Shown here: positions 59,561 to 64,000 of the stretch, in pieces | Layout: each line of letters opens with the position of its first letter | Numbering within the stretch: the stretch's first letter is position 1 | NCBI GenBank assembly: GCA_017532145.1 | Contig: JAFXJR010000068.1 | Location: 20,919-84,918, forward strand | From: Lachnospiraceae bacterium | Lineage (GTDB): Bacteria > Bacillota > Clostridia > Lachnospirales > Lachnospiraceae | DNA: 64,000 nt | Direction: 5' to 3' | Program-made: the position numbers and the translations under genes | The notes under the pieces: model-generated | Told to the model about the DNA's origin: nothing | Seen by the model: the letters and a program-made list of their open reading frames with translations, nothing else | Databases searched by the model: none

Positions 59561-60853
59561 ATGAAATCTTATATGGATTTAAGTAAGGATGAGTTGGAAC
59601 AGCTTTATGCACAACTTGTGCAGGAATATAAAGAGGCAAAGGAGAAGGACTTAAAGCTGGATATGTCCAGAGGAAAGCCGGCAGCTTCTCAGCTGGATAT
59701 GCAGATGGATTTGATGGATACTTTGGATTCTGCTGCAGATTATAAGACAGAGGATGGAACAGACTGCAGAAACTACGGTATTCTGGATGGAATTCCAGAG
59801 GCAAAAAAGCTGATGGCTGATATGATGGGTGTGGAAAATCCTGACAATGTGGTGGTATGTGGAAATGCCAGTCTGACGATTATGTATGATACCGTTTCAC
59901 GTTGTATGACGCATGGTGTTCTGGGTAGTACTCCCTGGAGCAAGCTGGAAAAAATAAAGTTTTTATGTCCTGTACCGGGATACGACAGGCATTTTGCCAT
60001 TACACAGCATTTTGGAATCGAAATGATAACTGTTCCTATGACACCGGAAGGACCGGATATGGATATGGTAGAGCAGTTGGCAGGCAGTGATGAGGCAGTG
60101 AAGGGAATTTGGTGCGTTCCAAAGTATTCTAATCCACAGGGATATTCCTATTCTGATGAAACGGTAAGGCGATTTGCCGGAATGAAGACAGCAGCGAAGG
60201 ATTTCCGAATTTTTTGGGATAATGCCTATGTGATTCATCATCTGTATGAAGATGAGCAGGCAGGCTTATTGGATATTTTAGGTGAGTGTGAGAAAGCAGG
60301 CAATCCTGATCGGGTTTTTGAATTTGCTTCTACCTCTAAAGTAAGCTTTCCAGGAGGCGGAATTGCTGCCATCGCTTCATCTAAGGCTAATCTGGATGAG
60401 ATGAGAAAAAGTCTTACGATTCAGACAATCGGTCATGACAAAATTAATCAGCTTCGTCATGTCAGATATTTTAAGGATGTAGAGGGAATGACAGAGCATA
60501 TGCGTAAGCATGCTGAAATTATGCGTCCTAAGTTTGAGGCAGTTCTAAAGGTATTGGAAGAAGAATTGGGAGGCGTGGGAATTGCACAGTGGACTCAGCC
60601 CAAGGGAGGATACTTTATTTCCTTTGAAGCGATGGAAGGATGTGCAAAGAAGATTGTGGCCAAGTGTAAAGAGGCAGGAGTTGTATTGACAGGAGCTGGT
60701 GCTACCTTCCCCTATGGGTTGGATCCAAAGGATACCAATATTCGTTTGGCACCTACACTGCCTACCCCAGAAGAACTGGCAGCAGCTACCGATCTTTTTG
60801 TTCTCTGTGTGAAGCTGGTAAGTGTAGAGAAGCTGCTGGGTAAGAATCAGTAA
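59561..60853 (+). CDS. PLP-dependent aminotransferase (class I/II-like)
   Basis: LDMSRGKP, VPGYDRHF, YSNPQG, WDNAY, STSK, GGYF, NIRLAP. Confidence 0.88.
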   Translation: MKSYMDLSKDELEQLYAQLVQEYKEAKEKDLKLDMSRGKPAASQLDMQMDLMDTLDSAADYKTEDGTDCRNYGILDGIPEAKKLMADMMGVENPDNVVVCGNASLTIMYDTVSRCMTHGVLGSTPWSKLEKIKFLCPVPGYDRHFAITQHFGIEMITVPMTPEGPDMDMVEQLAGSDEAVKGIWCVPKYSNPQGYSYSDETVRRFAGMKTAAKDFRIFWDNAYVIHHLYEDEQAGLLDILGECEKAGNPDRVFEFASTSKVSFPGGGIAAIASSKANLDEMRKSLTIQTIGHDKINQLRHVRYFKDVEGMTEHMRKHAEIMRPKFEAVLKVLEEELGGVGIAQWTQPKGGYFISFEAMEGCAKKIVAKCKEAGVVLTGAGATFPYGLDPKDTNIRLAPTLPTPEELAAATDLFVLCVKLVSVEKLLGKNQ

Positions 60854-60877
60854 AGACTGTTCTGGAAGTAATGAGGT

Positions 60878-61429
60878 ATGGTGATGGGAGAAGAATTTAA
60901 AAGATTGGACAGAGAGTTGGTATACAAAGGAACAGTTGTAGATTTTTATAAGGATACAGTACAGACTCCTGCCGGTCATATTGTTAAATGGGATTTTATC
61001 GGACATAGGGGGGCTGCTGCTGTAGTACCAGTGAGAGAAGATGGAAAACTGCTGATGGTACGCCAGTACCGGAATGCACTGGATCGATATACCTTAGAGA
61101 TACCGGCAGGTGGGTTAAATGATGAAGGTACTGAGCCGACTAAACTGGCAGCAGCCAGAGAGCTGGAGGAAGAAACTGGTTATCGTTCTGAAGACTTAGA
61201 GCTGCTGCTTACCCTCCGTACCACAGTAGCTTTCTGTAATGAAAAAATAGACATCTATCTGGCTACAAACTTAACTAGAAGTCAGCAGAATCTGGATGAG
61301 GATGAATTTATCCATGTGGAGGCCTATGAACTAAAGGAACTGATTTCTATGATTTTAGAAGGTGTGATAGAAGATTCCAAGACAATTGCTGCCATTCTGG
61401 CCTATAAGGAAAAATATTTGTCCGTTTAG
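60878..61429 (+). CDS. ADP-ribose pyrophosphatase (NudF-like)
   Basis: HRGAAAVV, VRQYR, EIPAGG, AAARELEEETG, DSKT. Confidence 0.88.
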   Translation: MVMGEEFKRLDRELVYKGTVVDFYKDTVQTPAGHIVKWDFIGHRGAAAVVPVREDGKLLMVRQYRNALDRYTLEIPAGGLNDEGTEPTKLAAARELEEETGYRSEDLELLLTLRTTVAFCNEKIDIYLATNLTRSQQNLDEDEFIHVEAYELKELISMILEGVIEDSKTIAAILAYKEKYLSV

Positions 61430-61430
61430 T

Positions 61431-61459
61431 GTATGTATTTCTCCTTCCGTACATACATT
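61431..61459 (+). promoter_or_regulatory. Possible SigE-type promoter of spoIIM
   Basis: GTATG...CATACATT resembles the SigE -10 CATACA-T; spoIIM is SigE-controlled in Bacillus. Confidence 0.45.
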
Positions 61460-61524
61460 GTATCAAGGCAGTGGTTATGGAAGATAGCAGCTGCCCCACA
61501 AGTGTATGGCGGCAGGAGAGAAAA

Positions 61525-62133
61525 ATGGATAGAATGCAAGGAACATACAGCCGGCATGTGAGCTGGCTGTATCTTTTTTTAGGGGGATTTTTAGCAGGTA
61601 TCTTTGCAGTAAATATGTGGGGAGACTTTTTTCTGGGGGGAACAGACCTATTAAGTGTACCATCTCTGGGACGGCTGCGCTATCTGGAGGTAGACAGCAA
61701 TGCTTTTCTTCTCTATGTATTAAAGGAAAGGTTGGGGATGGTACTACTTTTATGTTTGCTGGCTACTACCTATATGGGTATTTTAGTTGTTTCCGGGTAT
61801 GCCTGCTGGATAGGGATGATAGCAGGGATTTTTCTGTCAACAGCTTCTATACGATATGGTTTGAAAGGGATTCTTTTAGTTTTGGTAGGAGTGCTGCCAC
61901 AGTATCTGTTATTGGTTCCTGCCTGTATTATGCTGATGAACTGGTGTTACCGTCTGTGTACTGCCCTTTATTTTCCACATCAATCAGGAGAGCTGGTCTA
62001 TGGGGGAGGAAGGAGGTATCTGCTGAGAAGACTGCCCAGGTTATGTCTGATTTTGGTGATTATTCTAATCAGCAGTGTATTGGAAAGCTATATCAATCCT
62101 ATATTATTAACTTATTTTCTGAAAATTTTTTAA
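61525..62133 (+). CDS. spoIIM: Stage II sporulation protein M-like membrane protein
   Basis: Multi-TM; YGLKGILL..LPQ..LLVPA..LESYINP; follows nudF. Confidence 0.75.
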   Translation: MDRMQGTYSRHVSWLYLFLGGFLAGIFAVNMWGDFFLGGTDLLSVPSLGRLRYLEVDSNAFLLYVLKERLGMVLLLCLLATTYMGILVVSGYACWIGMIAGIFLSTASIRYGLKGILLVLVGVLPQYLLLVPACIMLMNWCYRLCTALYFPHQSGELVYGGGRRYLLRRLPRLCLILVIILISSVLESYINPILLTYFLKIF

Positions 62134-62167
62134 CCGAATCAATTTTTTCCTGTCAAGAAAAAATACT

Positions 62168-62196
62168 TGACACCTTATGGGGAGTATAGTATGATG
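62168..62196 (+). promoter_or_regulatory. SigA-type promoter of ylxM-ffh
   Basis: TTGACA-17bp-TATGAT. Confidence 0.75.
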
Positions 62197-62245
62197 GCAA
62201 AGGTGCTAAAAGCTGAATTGGCTTCGGCATTAGGGAGACTGACAG

Positions 62246-62587
62246 ATGGAAAAAATCGTAGAACAGGGTTTATTGTATGATTTTTATGGAGAATTATTGA
62301 CGGAGCATCAGAGAAGAATTTATGAGGATGCCGTCTGTCATAATTTATCTCTCGCTGAAATTGCAGAAGAAGTAGGGATTAGCCGGCAGGGAGTCCATGA
62401 TTTGATTAAAAGGTGTGACCATACGCTAAAGAGCTATGAAGAACGTCTGCATTTGATTCAGCGGTTTCACCAGGTCAGGCAGAAGGTTCAAAGTATCAAC
62501 GATTTGACAGAGGATACACAGATGAAGCCGGAGCTTCTCAGGGAGCAGATTAGGCGACTGTCAGGAGAGATTTTGGAAGCTTTATAA
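62246..62587 (+). CDS. ylxM: YlxM SRP-associated protein
   Basis: LLYDFYGELLT..LSLAEIAE..ISRQGVHD..YEERL. Confidence 0.92.
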   Translation: MEKIVEQGLLYDFYGELLTEHQRRIYEDAVCHNLSLAEIAEEVGISRQGVHDLIKRCDHTLKSYEERLHLIQRFHQVRQKVQSINDLTEDTQMKPELLREQIRRLSGEILEAL

Positions 62588-62615
62588 CAGAGTTCAGGGG
62601 ATGAGAGGTTGCTGT

Positions 62616-63980
62616 ATGGCATTTGAAAGCTTGACAGACAAGCTGCAAAATATATTTAAAAACTTAAAGAGTAAAGGCCGTCTGACAGAGGAGGATGTAA
62701 AGGTCGCTCTGAAGGAAGTAAAAATGGCACTGCTGGAAGCAGACGTAAACTTTAAGGTAGTAAAGCTGTTTATGAAGGCGGTGGAGGAGCGGGCTATTGG
62801 TGCTGATGTGATGAACGGTCTGAATCCTGGTCAGATGGTAATCAAGATTGTCAATGAAGAGATGGTTTCCCTGATGGGGTCAGAGACCACTGAGCTTCAG
62901 TTACAGCCTGGAAAATCCATGACAGTGATTATGATGAGTGGTTTACAGGGTTCCGGTAAGACAACCACAACGGCAAAGATTGCTGGAAAGTATGTACTAA
63001 AAGGAAAAAAGCCTCTGCTGGTAGCTTGTGATGTCTATCGTCCTGCAGCAATTAAGCAGCTTCAGGTCAATGGAGAAAAACAGGGAGTAGACGTGTTTTC
63101 CATGGGGGACAACCACAGTCCCGTAGATATTGCCAAGGCGGCTATAGAGCATGCACAGAAAAATGGTCATAATCTGGTGATTTTAGATACAGCAGGTCGC
63201 CTTCATATTGATGAGGACATGATGGCAGAGCTGGAGGAAATCAAACGGAATGTGGAGATTCACCAGACCATCCTTGTGGTGGATGCGATGACAGGACAGG
63301 ATGCAGTCAATGTGGCCAAAGAATTTGATGCAAGGCTGAATGTGGATGGAGTTATTCTGTCAAAGATGGATGGAGATACCCGAGGAGGTGCTGCACTTTC
63401 TGTCAAGGCAGTCACTGGCATTCCTATTCTTTATGTGGGTATGGGAGAAAAGCTGAGCGACCTGGAGCAGTTTTATCCTGACCGAATGGCTAACCGTATT
63501 CTGGGAATGGGTGACGTACTTACTTTAATTGATAAGGTTCAGGCCAGCCTGGATATGGACGAAGGAACAGAAAAAGAGATGGCTTCCCGTATGAAAAAAG
63601 GGAAGTTCGACTTTAATGACTATCTGGAAAGTATGAAGCAGATGAAGAAGATGGGAGGTATCTCCAGTATTCTTGGTATGTTGCCCAATATGGGTAAGCA
63701 GATGGCTGATATTGAGTCCATGGTGGATGAAAAGCAGCTGGCACGGATGGAAGCCATTGTATTGAGTATGACACCGGAGGAAAGGGCAAACCCAAAGCTT
63801 TTAAACTTAAGCAGAAAGAGTCGTATTGCTCGGGGAGCAGGTGTGGATATATCCATGGTAAATCGATTTGTAAAGCAGTTTGAACAGTCCCAGAAAATGA
63901 TGAAGCAGCTGCCCAATATGATGGGAGGCAGAAAGGGTAGGGGACTTTTTGGCGGAGGAATGAAGCTTCCTTTTTCCTAA
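62616..63980 (+). CDS. ffh: Signal recognition particle protein
   Basis: ALLEADV, GLQGSGKTTT, DTAGR, DGDTRGGAALS, Met-rich M domain. Confidence 0.97.
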   Translation: MAFESLTDKLQNIFKNLKSKGRLTEEDVKVALKEVKMALLEADVNFKVVKLFMKAVEERAIGADVMNGLNPGQMVIKIVNEEMVSLMGSETTELQLQPGKSMTVIMMSGLQGSGKTTTTAKIAGKYVLKGKKPLLVACDVYRPAAIKQLQVNGEKQGVDVFSMGDNHSPVDIAKAAIEHAQKNGHNLVILDTAGRLHIDEDMMAELEEIKRNVEIHQTILVVDAMTGQDAVNVAKEFDARLNVDGVILSKMDGDTRGGAALSVKAVTGIPILYVGMGEKLSDLEQFYPDRMANRILGMGDVLTLIDKVQASLDMDEGTEKEMASRMKKGKFDFNDYLESMKQMKKMGGISSILGMLPNMGKQMADIESMVDEKQLARMEAIVLSMTPEERANPKLLNLSRKSRIARGAGVDISMVNRFVKQFEQSQKMMKQLPNMMGGRKGRGLFGGGMKLPFS

Positions 63981-64000
63981 ATTGGCAGGATGGAACTAGA

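Noticed and set aside
1-64000. tRNA, rRNA, intact transposase, integrase or prophage genes
   Set aside because: None recognisable; intergenic gaps were read and show no such signatures

Overview
Chromosomal window from a low-GC, spore-forming Firmicute. Gene content and order suggest Lachnospiraceae/Clostridia (inference). Bases ~1-10.4 kb are a visibly AT-richer accessory island. It holds two paralogous type VII-secretion-like effector/DUF4176 modules, a membrane Ser/Thr kinase with YD/RHS-like repeats, zinc-ribbon proteins, a lipoprotein and an SLH protein. The rest is mostly housekeeping (ABC exporter, tmcAL, pta-ackA, type IIA topoisomerase, rsmD-coaD, glgA, MBOAT cluster, feoAB, rqcH, gmk-rpoZ, rimO-pgsA-cinA-recA-recX-rny, spoIIM, ffh). 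The most interesting signals are mostly non-coding. (1) A dispersed family of at least 6 structured, TA-bounded inverted-repeat elements sits in operon spacers and leaders. (2) A gutted IS200/IS605 element keeps a promoter, a perfect LexA-type box and a structured omegaRNA-like right end but has lost nearly all of tnpB; a second right-end fragment lies elsewhere. (3) A structured ~106-bp insert with 10-bp direct repeats is nested in an IS605-like terminal hairpin. (4) An orphan ZorA/ZorB-like motor pair has no Zorya effectors. (5) A receiver-less Spo0A DNA-binding-domain gene lies upstream of glgA. No database searches or folding programs were run; family calls come from motif recognition by eye.
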